Shown: positions 1-11,929 of the stretch, piece by piece
Position numbering within the stretch: position 1 is the stretch's first letter
Layout of the letters: the number at the start of each line of letters is the position of its first letter
Source of the DNA: Malacoraja senta
Taxonomy: Eukaryota
Direction of reading: 5' to 3'
Length of the DNA stretch: 64,000 bases
NCBI GenBank assembly: GCA_038087875.1
Contig: CM075997.1
Coordinates: forward strand, 248,001 to 312,000
Notes under the pieces: generated by a model
What the model was told of the DNA's origin: nothing
Databases searched by the model: none
Seen by the model: the letters and a program-made list of their open reading frames with translations, nothing else
Translations under genes and position numbers: made by a program

Positions 1-227
1 TGAGTCTCTTCTCCCTGGAGCGGAGGAGGTTAACATGGGACATGATGAGGGGTAGAGATAAGGCAGATCGCAGGAATTTTTCCCCACATCAGAGGTAGAC
101 AAAACAAGAGGACATGGAATAAAATCAACTTTGCTTTCAACTTTAGAGATAAATGTGTAGAAACAGGCCCTTTGGCCCACTGAGTCTAGGGTGACCTGTG
201 ATCACCCCGTACACTAACATTATCCTA

Positions 228-536
228 GGTAGACAAAAGTGCTGGAGAAACTCAGCGGGTGCAGCAGCATCTATGGAGCGAAGGAAATAGGCAACGTTTC
301 GGGCCGAAAACCTGTAGGAAATAGGCAACGTTTCGGGCCGAAAACCTGCAGGAAATAGGCAACGTTTTGGGCCGAAAACCTGTAGCAAATAGGCAACGTT
401 TCGGGCCGAAACCCGGAAGAGTTTCGGCCCGAAACGTTGCCTATTTCCTTCGCTCCATAGATGCTGCTGCACCCGCTGACTTTCTCCAGCACTTTTGTCT
501 ACCTTCGATTTTCCAGCATCTGCAGTTCCTTCTTAA
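228..536. mobile_element. Palindromic Penelope-derived mini-element with internal ~32-bp tandem repeats, inserted in an HE1 SINE
   Basis: Long inverted arms. 17-bp TSD acactaacattatccta (211-227 and 537-553). Confidence 0.75.
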
Positions 537-1171
537 ACACTAACATTATCCTACACACTCGGGACAATTTTCAATTTTACCGATGCCAATTAACCTGCAA
601 ACCTGCACGTCTTTGGAGTGTGGGAGGAAACTGGAGCACCTGGAGAAAACCCACAGAGTCACAGGGAGAACGTACAAACTCCTTACAGAGAGCACCCATA
701 GTCAGGATCGAACCTGGCTCTCTAACAATTAATTTTGCTCACTAAGAGGCAGTAGTCAGATAGTCTCTCAGTTAAGGGTGAATATAGTTCAGGACACTGG
801 TTGAACTTCCCCTACTCTTTAAAACAACAGTGATGTCTAGCTGAGAGGACAAAAAAGCCTTAGTGTAATGTCACATTGGAAAGTTTGCTCTCAAACCTGT
901 GGAGCGGGACTTTCCAGCTCAAACTGAGACACTGATCGAGAGGGAATAAAAAGAAGGGATAAGGAGATAGGTTTAAAGAACATCAACATTAATGCAAGAG
1001 CCATTTTAAATAGAATATTCTCTTGTAATCTGAACCATAAAGTTAAAGAAGGGTTCAAATGGGGATCTATCAGGAGGAAATGCATATCTGTGATGAGGAA
1101 GCAGGCAATTGATGTTTCAAATGTGATCCTGATCAGAACAGAGTTGTATATTTATCTGTTTTAAAGTCTAA

Positions 1172-1491
1172 TATCCCTGCCCCACGGTACGATTTCATTC
1201 CAAGAGCTCTCCCGAGTTAAAAAAAAATCAAACTCGTGGTAAGCACGGAGAATGAACGTAGCGGGTACGTCGGAGCTCGGGGACGTCTCTTAGCGCTAAC
1301 GGCAGGTATTCGGGAAGACTCGCTAACGGCAAGTAAGCACGGGAAGACTCGTGAAGATTTTTCATCATGATGAAAAATGTCCACGAGAGCTCCGAGTACC
1401 GACGAGCGGCCATTACCGTAAATCTCCGAGTTCGAATCGGGGCAAACTCGGGAGAACTCTTGGAATTAACTCGTACTGTGGGACAGGGGTT
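1172..1491. mobile_element. PIF/Harbinger-type MITE
   Basis: Imperfect TIRs ccctgccccacggtacga / tcgtactgtgggacagggg with TAA-like flanks. Confidence 0.65.
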
Positions 1492-1594
1492 TAAGGTAGT
1501 CTGATTATTTGCTCATACCATGTTGGATATTTTGGTTTCCCCAATGGGGGATTTGTTGGTGGGCACATTCTGATCTATCCACATCTTTCTGAAG

Positions 1595-1738
1595 GAGCAG
1601 CAGAGGTTCATTCTCCCGTCAGCGACTCTCTAATGGCATCAGGGCTTCAGGCTTCACTTGGTTTGAGTCCTTCGCTCTTTTCATCTCCGGCGCGACATGT
1701 CCAACTTCTGCAAGATGGAAAGGAGAATCTGACGCAAG
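1595..1738 (+). CDS. MEIOSIN: MEIOSIN internal coding exon (..AAEVHSPVSDSLMASGLQASLGLSPSLFSSPARHVQLLQDGKENLTQ), phase 1 to phase 1
   Basis: LGLSPSLFSSP...LTQ matches the mammalian MEIOSIN motif as recalled. Acceptor ctttctgaag (in-frame CAG alternatives end at 1600 and 1603). Donor CAAG|gtaata. Confidence 0.8.
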
Positions 1739-2274
1739 GTAATAGCGCTTAGTTGCTGGAATAAAACCAAAAGATGCTGGAAACATTCAGCAGGTCAGAC
1801 AGCTCATTTGGGAAGAGAATCAAGTCATGCTTCATGTCAGGGGCCCTTTCATCATACCTTTATTTCAGATTTCCAGCATCTACCCATTTTTAATTTTCAC
1901 TTGGATGCTTGGGCTTGTAAGACTTTACGCCCCCATCTCCCAACTAGTCCCCTCTTTGGTCACATCAGTTGCTTTGCAGATGCAAGCGACAATAGCTATC
2001 AGCTTGGAAACCTCAAAGACTAAAAGTGGAAATTGTACTTTAAAAAATTATTACACCATCTATTATTCTGCATTTTTTAAATGTGAACTAGTTTTTGAGC
2101 AATAGTTCCCTGGGCTGTTGAAATCCAACGATCTGATCAGCCATTCTGAATTAGCCATTTGTCTACTTATTTTCAAAATGTCCTTGAATTTGGCAATTCC
2201 GGACATTTCTCCTGTCACTGCTAAATCTTAATTTAATAATGTAATAACAAATAATGACCACTTTGCCTACCCCC

Positions 2275-2851
2275 TGCGCTCAGTCCGTCAAGGCCTACTG
2301 GATCTCCCGGTTGCTAACCGCTTTAACTCCCCTTCCTTCCCATTCCCACACTGCCCTTTCTGTCATGGGCCTCCTCCATTGCCAGAGTGAGGCTATGCAC
2401 AAATTTGAGGAACCGCGCATCCTATTCCGTTTGGGTAGTTCACAACCCTACAGTATGAACATTGAATTCTCCAGCTTTAGGTGACTTCTACAAACAACTT
2501 TCCTTTCCTCCCTGACATTTCATCCCCCTCCCCCCCCCCCCCCCCCCCCATCCCCTTCACTGAAGGCCCGTTAACTGGCATATATACGTAGTTTATAACT
2601 ATGTATCTCTCTTGGGCTCACTCCTGTTTTTACGTATAACCTTTGTCCAGTAATCTGCCTACATTGGGATCCCCCTCGCCTGAGGCCAACTGTTGCTGGC
2701 CTTGATCTGTCCTGCCTTTTTTCGCTTCCATGTTTTTTTCCCCCTATTACAATCAGCCTGAAGTAGGGTCCCAACCCGAGGAGTCATTTATCCATTTTCG
2801 CCAGAGATGCTGCCTGACCCGCTGAGTTACTCCAGCACTTTGTGTCTATCA
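2275..2851 (+). mobile_element. Penelope-like element 3' portion: GIY-YIG C-terminus, C-rich UTR and degenerate hammerhead terminus
   Basis: Peptide ..SHSHTALSVMGLLHCQSEAMHKFEEPRILFRLGSSQPYSMNIEFSSFR*. Ends in cctgaagtagggtcccaacccg...gatgctgcctgacccgctgagttactccagcac, the same terminus as the dispersed mini-elements. Confidence 0.72.
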
Positions 2852-3604
2852 CTGCAAAATCTTACTTCCGCGTGGCAAATGCAGAAATGTAAAACTGAAG
2901 CTAGCCATGAAAACGGACACTATCGGGACCGGCCATTACATTAGACGGCCAGAATCTCAGTGGGTTGGGATTTAGTTTTTCTGCTTATAATTTCCACATG
3001 AAGTGAAAGTGAGACCCAAAGCTAGCAGTGGTTTAATTAAAGGTTACAAGTTAGCACATCCTCTGGAGTCTGTTTCCCATAATACTACATGTTTATCTCT
3101 CAACAAATCTTTTGCAAAACTTGGTCGGTGTGTGGGCCAGGAAGTATATTGTTGCCACTTAGTTTGACAACATCATAGGTATTTCAAGCTAGCTGAAGGG
3201 GGCTCCAGAACCAGGGGCCACAGTTTAAGAATATTAAATAAGCCATTTAGAACAGAGATGAGGAAATATCTTTTCACATAGAGAGTTGTGAGACTGTGAA
3301 ATTCTCTGCCTCGGAGGGCGGTGGAGGACAATTCACTGGATACTTTCAAGAGAGTTAGATAAAGCTCTTAAAGATAGCGGTGTCAAGGGATAATGGGGTA
3401 CTGATTGTGGATGATCAGCCATGATCACATTGAATGGCCGTGCTGGCTCAAAGGGCCGAATGGCCTACTCCTGCACCTATTGTCTATTGTCTGTTATCAC
3501 CAGCTCATAATTTGCCGGTAGGTGTTAATATCAACACCTTGGAGGTAGATAGTTAAAGAATTAACCAAGGGTCTTCATGCTAGAGTCATGCATCCCAATA
3601 TATT

Positions 3605-4059
3605 CTCTCCACTGGCTCCCTGTGCGGTTCCGTATAAACTTCAAGATCCTCCTCCATGTCTACAAAGCCCTCAATGGGCTTGCCCCCACCTACATAAAAA
3701 GTCTTCTCACCCACCACTCCACCTCCAGGCCCCTCAGATCGGCCGACTTGGGGTTGCTGAATATCCCACGGTCTAGGCATAAGCTCAGGGGCGACCGCGC
3801 CTTTGCGGTTGCAGCCCCTAGACTGTGGAACAGCATCCTCTTTCCCATCAGAACTGCCCCCTCCATCGACTCTTTAAAGTCAAGACTAAAGACTTATCTA
3901 TACTCCCAAGCCTTTCCTGACGTCCTCTGAGTGAGGGCTACATGTATATATGTATGTAGTTTGTTTTGCTTGTGCTATTCTTATAACAAATGTAAAGCAC
4001 TTTGGCCAACGAGAGTTGTTTTTTAAATGTGCTATATAAATAAATGTGACTTGACTTGA
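3605..4059 (+). mobile_element. L2-clade LINE 3' fragment
   Basis: SLHWLPVRFRINFKILL..YKALNGLAP.Y...GDRAFAVAAPRLWNS is the L2 ORF2 C-terminus. Tail tgtaaagcactttg...ataaat(gactt)n, seen again at about 30278-30343. Confidence 0.85.
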
Positions 4060-4796
4060 ATATAGACTGCGGACTGGATATTTGTTGACATTGATGCCTC
4101 GCGCGTCAGATGGTTTTTGTTGCTCACAGTTTGAGATGTCCCATGTTTCTGGGCAGAATGGGCAATGTAGGAGAAGATCATCATGGTGATTTTTCCTCAA
4201 CTTTTCTTCGATGGGATGATAACAGTTGCTGAACACACATTTAAAATATTTTTTTCTGGAGGTAGGCAAGATTAGCGTTTACTTCCTGTTCCTTCTTTCC
4301 CAGAGCACTGTTGCGCCATTCTGACGCTGCTGCTTCCAAAGTGTCGATTTCCTTTATTTTCAGTATTGGTAAGAAGGCCGAGGATGATTTGTACTTTAAA
4401 CGGGCCTGTATAGCATATGGCAGCCAATTAGTCACACCCATTTTAGTGTTCTTTGTTAAATTTATCAGGTCCTTCTGTAACCCTGGAGGCTTACAGCTGT
4501 GAAATCATGCCGCAGGCCCTCAAAGTCTTAGTCTCTGTACTTTCCCTCCCTCACTCACTCACATCTGGATGTCTTAGTGGATATCTGTCAATACTCGATT
4601 ATAGAACTCTCACTCCTGAGTCGGTGAGTTGCAGATTCAAGGGCTTGATATTTGGGCAAGGATCTGCTTGAGAGTTTGTGCAAATCAGTGACGTCTGTGG
4701 ATTTCTTTTTACCCGCTAATTGTTGAATTCTGGGTTTCAGACCGAAAAGCGGATCTAAAATGTCACGTTACAAACGTGTAATCTTCCTTCTTTCAG

Positions 4797-4909
4797 CCTT
4801 GTTTGGAACTGTGTGCCTTAGCCCAGAGTTTCCAGTGACCAAGCCTGGAGACTTGAAGCTATCGAACACATGTCAATTACACAACAGCTACTGGAATGCT
4901 CCTATAAAG
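4797..4909 (+). CDS. MEIOSIN: MEIOSIN internal exon ((A)LFGTVCLSPEFPVTKPGDLKLSNTCQLHNSYWNAPIK), phase 1 to phase 0
   Basis: Acceptor cttccttctttcag, donor AAG|gttagt. Joins exon 1595-1738 in frame to give LTQALFGTVCL, resembling mammalian LTQAAFFEEVCL. Confidence 0.72.
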
Positions 4910-6603
4910 GTTAGTTAGTTAGTTTTGTTTATTGTCACGTGTAGAGTGAAAAGCTTTCCTGTGAAAAGGTATCCTTCCTGTGGTCTGGCTGGTATATTAA
5001 GTGGAGATCATTTAATCTGGAGATACTTTCATCTTGGAGTGATACAGTGTGGAAACAGGCCCAACTTTGGCCCAACTTGCCCACACAGGCCAACATGTCC
5101 CAGCTACACTAGTCCCACCTGCCTGCATTTGGTCCATATCCCTCCAAACCTGTCCTATCCATCTTAATTCATCTTTTGGAACAGCACGGTGACGCAGCAG
5201 TAGAGTTGCTGCATTAAGGCGGCAGAGACCCGGGTTCGATCCTGACTCTGGGTGCTGTCTGTATGGAGTTTGTACGTTCTCCCTGTGACCGCGTGGACTT
5301 TCTCCGGCTGCTCTGGTTTCCTCCCATATTCCAAAGACGTGCGGGTTTGTAGGCTAATTGGCTTTGGTAAAAAAAAATTTGAGTACATCAACCTCAGCCT
5401 TAAAAATCACAATTGGCTTTTGGAGGAGGCAGAGCTCAATTTCAGAAGGATGCACTGAAAGTTTGTAATGAATGATACTATAGCGTGGCTTGTGTAAGGC
5501 ATTCACTCACGGTGGTGCAGCAGTAGAGTTGCTGCCTCACAGCGCCAGAGACCCAGGTTCGATCCTGACTATGGGTGCTGTCTGTACGGAGTTTGTACGT
5601 TCTCCCCGTGACCTGCATGGGTTTTCCCTGGATGCTCTGGTTTCTTCCCACACTCCAAAAATGTATAGATTTGTTAGTTACTTGGCTTGATAAAATTGTA
5701 AGTTGTCCCTACTCTGTGCAGGATAGTTCTAATGTGTGGGGATCGTTGGTCGGCACAGACTTGGTGGGCCGATGGGCCTGTTTCCACGCTGTAACTGTAA
5801 ACTAAACTAAAACTCATTAAGGTCAAATGGCTTTTTGTTGTGCTTTAATTTATGTCACACCCTTGTATGGGAAATGCTCTCTAATTTCACTCCTTGATTG
5901 GCTAACATTAATCTTAAATTGATCAAACCCATTGTGATTATAAATACCTATCCAAACCGTGAAGGAAATACAAGTGGGGTTTATGACCTTGCACTTTCCA
6001 GCAGAGGTTATAAGGTAGTAATCAGATGGCAGCTACCATGATCACTGTAACCTTTGTCAGCACAATGGGACAGAGATTAATTATACTGCCCTGAGTTTCA
6101 CCCCAGTTGAAATTAAGTTGGTCAAATAGACAAACGGTTAAACCTGCTACTGTTCTGGCCTATCTCATTCAGCTGTTCGATGCCTGAAGCACCTAGCTGT
6201 GTTTCCGTATCATTGTGTAACGCTGGTAAGGCCTAGGAATTGATCCCTTCTTTGTCTGTATAATCTGCTTTTACCCTATAAACTTCCAAGATGTCTGCAC
6301 TCGTCCAATTCGGGAGTCTTGATTATCTCTGAATGTGATCACTCCTTCATCAATACCATACCTTTTGCTGCCAAAGGCTTCATCAATAATCGTTCTCTAA
6401 AACTGCCCACCTGCTCTTGGTATTGGTTTATTGTCATGTGTATTGAATACAGAGGAAGGCTTAGTTTTGTCCAGTCGCATCAAACCATAGAGGACTTTGT
6501 GATGTCTTTACTATTTATTTCATTCCGCTTACATGTTTCTACTGTAAAATCTTGTTAAATCTTGTAAGGTGTCCTTGAGATTTGAAAGGCGGTCATAAAT
6601 AAA

Positions 6604-6641
<38 letters not shown>

Positions 6642-6669
6642 CAAGGTAGAGATATACTGTTTCAAACTG

Positions 6670-6972
6670 TCACGGTGGCACAGTGATAGGGTTGCTTTCC
6701 TTACAGCACAAGAGACCCAGGTTCGATCCTGACTGCGGGTGCTGTCTGTACGGAGTTTGTACGTTCTCCCCGTGACCATATGAGTTTCCCCTGGGTGCTC
6801 TGGTTTCATCCCACACTGCAATGACATACAGGTTTGGAGGTTAATTGGCTTTGGTAAAAATTGAGATTTGTTCCTAGTATGTAGGATAGTGTTAGTGTAC
6901 CAGAATCGCTGGTCGGCGTGGAATCGGTGGGCCGAAGGGCCAGTTTCCGCGCTGTATCTCTAAACTAAACTA
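6670..6972 (+). mobile_element. HE1-like tRNA-derived V-SINE, full length
   Basis: tRNA-like head with A and B boxes (cacggtggcacagtg...ggttcgatcc), core ggagtttgtacgttctccccgtgacc, CR1-like tail gggccgaagggcc...(taaac)n. Other plus-strand copies at about 5183, 5508, 11313, 24325, 26338, 45262, 51397 and 61805. Confidence 0.85.
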
Positions 6973-7775
6973 GTGCAAAAGAGATAAAGAACTGAGTGCA
7001 GAAGAAAATAACTTATGACTTTCTTCTTTAAAATTGTCCTTTAAACTACCTATTCTCATAGATACTGTTGAATCTTTACAACACGGGAGGGACCATTATA
7101 GACTTCTGTTGGCTCTTTGTAGAACATTAGTCAGTCCCATTCCCCTCCTCTTTCACCATAGCCCTGTAAAGTATTTCTGTCAAATGTCTTGCAGAAACAG
7201 AGATTCAAAAAGAATTGCAGGAAACACATGCTTAATGCCTTGCTGCACCTGTTTAATGCCACATTGTGTTTATAACACTGCACAGTATTAATGGATTTTA
7301 CTAAGCGCAAAACACATCACTCTTTCCAAAATTTAAAAAAATGACAATGCTGGCATATCTGCGTTTAATATAGAACACAATACATCTAGGCACTAAGTGT
7401 AAGTTAAAAGATAAATGTCAGAATATAAATTAGGGAGGTGAATTGTGCTAGGTCTGGCTATCAGAAATGTAAATACAGTGGAAGATATATTCACAATATT
7501 TTCTCTTATTTGCACTATTTGCAGTCTAAGCAACCACTTTGAATCTTTATTTCAGTCCAGAACCAGATGTAGTACATAAAACATGCAGAAATTCTACCAA
7601 AAATGAAGGGACCATGTTAAACTAACATCATGTACCATTATAAATGAAGCCGTCACATTTGATTCACCAGTCCCATGGTAACTCAGTCCCCAGCATCTAT
7701 AGGTGAGAGCAACCACTGCCTTCTAACTAACTTGCCTAATCTTGAAAATGACAATGAACCAAAAGAACATACAAG

Positions 7776-8016
7776 GTACACAAAAATGCTGGAGAAGCTC
7801 AGCGGGTGCAGCAGCATCTATGGAGCGAAGGAAATAGGCAATGTTTCGGGCCGAAACCCAAAGGAAATAGGCGGCGTTTCGGGTCGAAACCCGAAGGGTT
7901 TCGGCCCGTAACGTTGCCTATTTCCTTCGCTCCATAGATGCTGCTGCACCCGCTGAGTTTCTCCAGCATTTTTGTGCACCTTTGATTTTCCAGCATCTGC
8001 AGTTCCTTCTTTAACA
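7776..8016. mobile_element. Palindromic Penelope-derived mini-element
   Basis: Inverted arms. 16-bp TSD caaaagaacatacaag (7760-7775 and 8017-8032). Confidence 0.75.
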
Positions 8017-8854
8017 CAAAAGAACATACAAGTCTGTTTTTGTACATTTCTGGACGATTTTGGTCCATCTTTTTCAAGGCAACGTGACTTGAACGACTTG
8101 ACACGTAGCATCAAGATAAATTGTTATAAGGTCATAAGGAATAGGAGGAGAATGAGGCCATTCGGCCCATCAAGTCTACTCCGCCATTCAATCGTGGCTG
8201 ATCTATCTCTCCCTCCTAACCCATTCTCCTGCTTTCTCACCATAGCCTCTGACACCCGCACTAATCAAGAATCTATCTATCTCTGTGTCACATTTCTTGT
8301 CACAGTGCCTTTGAATCTTTCCCAAATAGATTGCTTCAATATTGGCATTTTCGCACCTGGTATCTTTAGTCTTTGCTTGGTGCTGAGTCAAGTTCTAGAC
8401 ATCTTCAAAAGCTATATCGTAAAGGGAGTTATAGAGTCATACAGCACGGAATCAGGCCCTTCAACCCAACTTGCCCACACCGACCAACATGTCCCATCTA
8501 CACTCGTCCCACCTGCCTGCTCTGAACCTTAAAGCGGAGATAGATAGATTCTCGATTAGTGTGGGTGTCAGGGGTTATGGGGAGAAGGCAGGAGAATGGG
8601 GTTAGGAGAGAGAGATAGATCAACCATGATTAAATGGCAGAGTAGACTTGATGGGCTGTGAACCCCATGGGCCTTCTCCCCATAACCCCTGACACCTGTA
8701 CAAATCTATCTATCTCTGCCTTAAAAATATCCGTTGACTTGGCCTCCACAGCTTCACAGCCTAAATCTGAATGTTTAGGGAAAATTGGGGAGGGGAGGGC
8801 AGAGGTTGAGCTATTGATTGGGGCATGAGATCTTGCTGGCTGAGACATTATAGG

Positions 8855-9198
8855 TGATGCAGGAAAAATGTTCCCAATGTTGGGTGAGTCCAGAACCAGG
8901 GGCCACAGTCTTAGAATAAAGGGATAGCCATTTAAGACTGAGGTGAGAAAACACGTTTTCACCCAGAGAGTTGTGAATTTGTGGAATTCCCTGCCACAGA
9001 GGGCAGTGGAGGCCAAATCACTGGATGGATTTAAGAGAGAGTTAGATAGAGCTCTAGGGGCTAGTGGAATCAAGGGATATGGGGAGAAGGCAGGCACGGG
9101 TTATTGATTGGGGTTGATCAGCCATGATCACAATGAATGGCGGTGCTGGCTCGAAGGGCCGAATGGCCTCCTCCTGCACCTATTTTCTAAGTTTCTAT
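8855..9198 (+). mobile_element. CR1-clade (HER1-like) LINE 3' fragment
   Basis: SRTRGHSLRIKG.PFKTEVRKHVFTQRVVNLWNSLP plus 3' UTR gatcagccatgatc...gggccgaatggcc. Similar copies at about 3200-3490, 9490-9870, 16692-17000, 23190-23505, 45840-46140, 47550-47930 and 49935-50170. Confidence 0.85.
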
Positions 9199-9220
9199 CT
9201 CCTCACTTTGTTTTTCTCAG

Positions 9221-9424
9221 GATGATCCGGATCAAACTGTGCCAGAAACTCCACTGATCGCCTCAGACTCATTCCAGTCGACCTTCATCTTTGACCACTG
9301 CTACCTTCCATGCAGTGAAACCAGTCGATCTGACTCCAGCCAGGCTGACAGTACATCTTCAGGGGAGAATTCGTGCCAGATCTGCCCAACTTCAGAGAAG
9401 TGGTTCAGACGTCTTCTGCAGGAG
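9221..9424 (+). CDS. MEIOSIN: MEIOSIN internal exon (DDPDQTVPETPLIASDSFQSTFIFDHCYLPCSETSRSDSS...RRLLQE), phase 0 to phase 0
   Basis: Strong acceptor ctttgtttttctcag, open 204 nt, donor GAG|gttact. DHCYL motif followed by a Ser-rich tract, as in MEIOSIN. Confidence 0.8.
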
Positions 9425-11691
9425 GTTACTTACTCAATCATATTCATCCCTTTTTTACTTTTGGGGGATTTCTCTGGAATTCACTGGAATTTAGGTTGAG
9501 AGGGGATCTTATAGAAACATATAAACATTTTAAGGGATTGGACATGATGTTGGGGGGAAGTCCAGAACCAGGGATCACAGTTTAAGAATAAGGGGTCAGC
9601 CATTTAGGACTGAGGAGAGGAAAAACGTTTTCACCCAGAGAGTTGTGAATCTGTGGAATTCTCTGCCACAAAAGACAGTGGAGGCCAATTCACTGGATGT
9701 TTTCAAGAGAGAGTTAGATTTAGCTCTTAGGGCTAACTGAATCAAGGGATACTGTATGGGGAAAAAGCAGGAACGGGGGTACTGATTGTGGATGATCAGC
9801 CATCATCATATTGAATGGTGGGGCTGGCTCGAAGGGCCGAATGGCCCTACTCCTGCATCTGTTTTCTATGTTTACACGTGTTTATATATTTTTAGTGTTT
9901 GTCAAGATAGTTTCAACTTCACACAGTTAAATTTCTTAAGATTTATCACCATTATCCTGAGCTGCATCAGATTGTAAAAACATACCTCGTGCCTCCTACG
10001 TCAGTTTGTACTGCTTAAATCTCACACTAGCAACTTAGTCTTAAACCTAGAGGCTGACTCACAGAGGGTGACACATGAACAATGTCATCTTTCATTCAAA
10101 ATGTTAATGAAACTATATCTTTCTTCTCAGAAGGATTGGGTCTTTACCATCCATCCACAACTATTACTTTGAAGAAGAGTTCCCTATTGTTATGTCATTA
10201 TATTTACAACATCTAACTTCAAAAGCGTTGGGATGTACAAGTTGCCAGGTGGTTGCAATCTGATTCCATTTCTCTCACGTATTTGCTGGGCTTTTTCTGA
10301 TTGGCATCTGCTGGTTTTCAAGGGTAACTTTGCATCATGGTTGATTAACTGGATCACTGGGGGTTTGAGCACAGAGTGAAATGACTGAGCTCATTATATC
10401 TGAGAGATCTACACCAGATTCACCAACTCCATTTGACTGTTCGTGCTTTGTATCCTCTCAAATATCATGTGTAAGAAAGACCTGCAGATGCTGGTTTAAA
10501 CCGAAGATAGACCCAAAATGCTGGAGTAACTCAGCGGGACAGGCAGCATCTCTGGGGAGAAGGAATGGATGACGTTTCGGGTGGAGACCCTTCTTCAGAC
10601 TGGTTGGGGTGATGTTTAGGGTCGAGACCCTTCCTCAGACTCTTAAATATCATGATTGCAACAGCCACTCACTGTGATAGTTTCATAATCTATGAAATTC
10701 ACCTAACCTTTTCCTTTAAAGTCAAAATTTTAGAGCACGTGAGAAGGTTGTTTATCCCATTCCACATGTGAGCTCTCTAAAAGAGATAGAAAACCACATC
10801 CTAATTCATTTCTCTCACAAACCCTCTATACTTTCCAGTACTTCACGACCGATGCTGCCATCACTGGTATGGGTGCAATATTTTGACCTACTTTAACCTA
10901 CTTTCATATGAATGAATTTCCTTACCTCTATTTACATTGCTTTCAGAACAACCATTATCTTTGCCTTTAGTTATTGATTCATTGCCATTGATTCATAAAC
11001 CTTTTTACCATCTTCCTTCTCAGAATTGCAAACTATTCATCTCAGTTTAGTTGAGTTTCAGTTGAGTTTATTGTCACGTGTACCGAGGTACAGGGAAAGG
11101 CTTTTGTTGCGTGCTAACCTGTCAGCGGAAAGACAAGACATGATTACAATCGAGCCGTCCACAGTGTACATATACATGATAAGGAATAATGTTTAGTGCA
11201 AGTTAAAGCCAGTAGAGTCTGATCAAAGATAGTCCGAGTGTCACCAATGAGGTAGATAGTAGTTCAGGACCGCTCTCTAGTTGTGGTAGGATGGTTCTGT
11301 TATCTGATAATATGGGTGGCGCAGTGGAAGAGTTGCTGCCCTACACGTTCAAGGTTCAACGCTTGCAATGCCAGAGCCACGGGTCCAATCCTGGCTGTAC
11401 AGAGTTTGTACGTTCTCCGCGTGACATGCGTGGGTTTTCTCCGAGAACTTTGGTTTCCTCCGAAGACGTACAGGTTTGTAGGTTAATTGGCTTGGTACAA
11501 ATGTAAAAATTGTCCCTAGTGTAGGATAGTGTTAATGTGCAGGGATCGCTGGTCGGTACGGACTCGGTGGGCCGAAGGCCTGTTTCTGCGCTGCATCGCT
11601 GTAAGCTAAGCTAATCTCCACAGTATTGGTTTGCAAAATGAGTGTGATTTGTGTATTGGATTGTAACCTAACTCCTGACTGTCACCTCCAG

Positions 11692-11929
11692 GACAGCGAT
11701 GAGAGTGAGCACTGGTTCTCCTTCAGTGACGACATTGAGGACAATGATATCACCTGGACACCATACTACAGGGGGAAGCTGTCACAGCCAGCCACCTCGA
11801 GCAAGCTGAAGCGTAGCAAGAGCGGGAGCCAAGGCCAGCGCAGGAAGCGGTGCTGCGCTCTCCAGCTCAAGAAGAATGTGTCAATGGCTTCATCATGTTC
11901 TGTCGTGTAAACAGGAGGCTGTACATCAG
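11692..11929 (+). CDS. MEIOSIN: MEIOSIN exon (DSDESEHWFSFSDDIEDNDITWTP...CCALQLKK / CVNGFIMFCRVNRRLYI), HMG-box start, with a 1-nt frameshift at about 11875-11877
   Basis: Acceptor gtcacctccag, donor AG|gtacat. The TWTP motif and the CVNGFIMFCR HMG-box start are in different frames (aag aag aa tgt gtc). Confidence 0.88.

Noticed and set aside
6670..6740. tRNA genes at SINE heads
   Set aside because: The A and B boxes run directly into the V-SINE core and CR1-like tail, and I see no complete cloverleaf.
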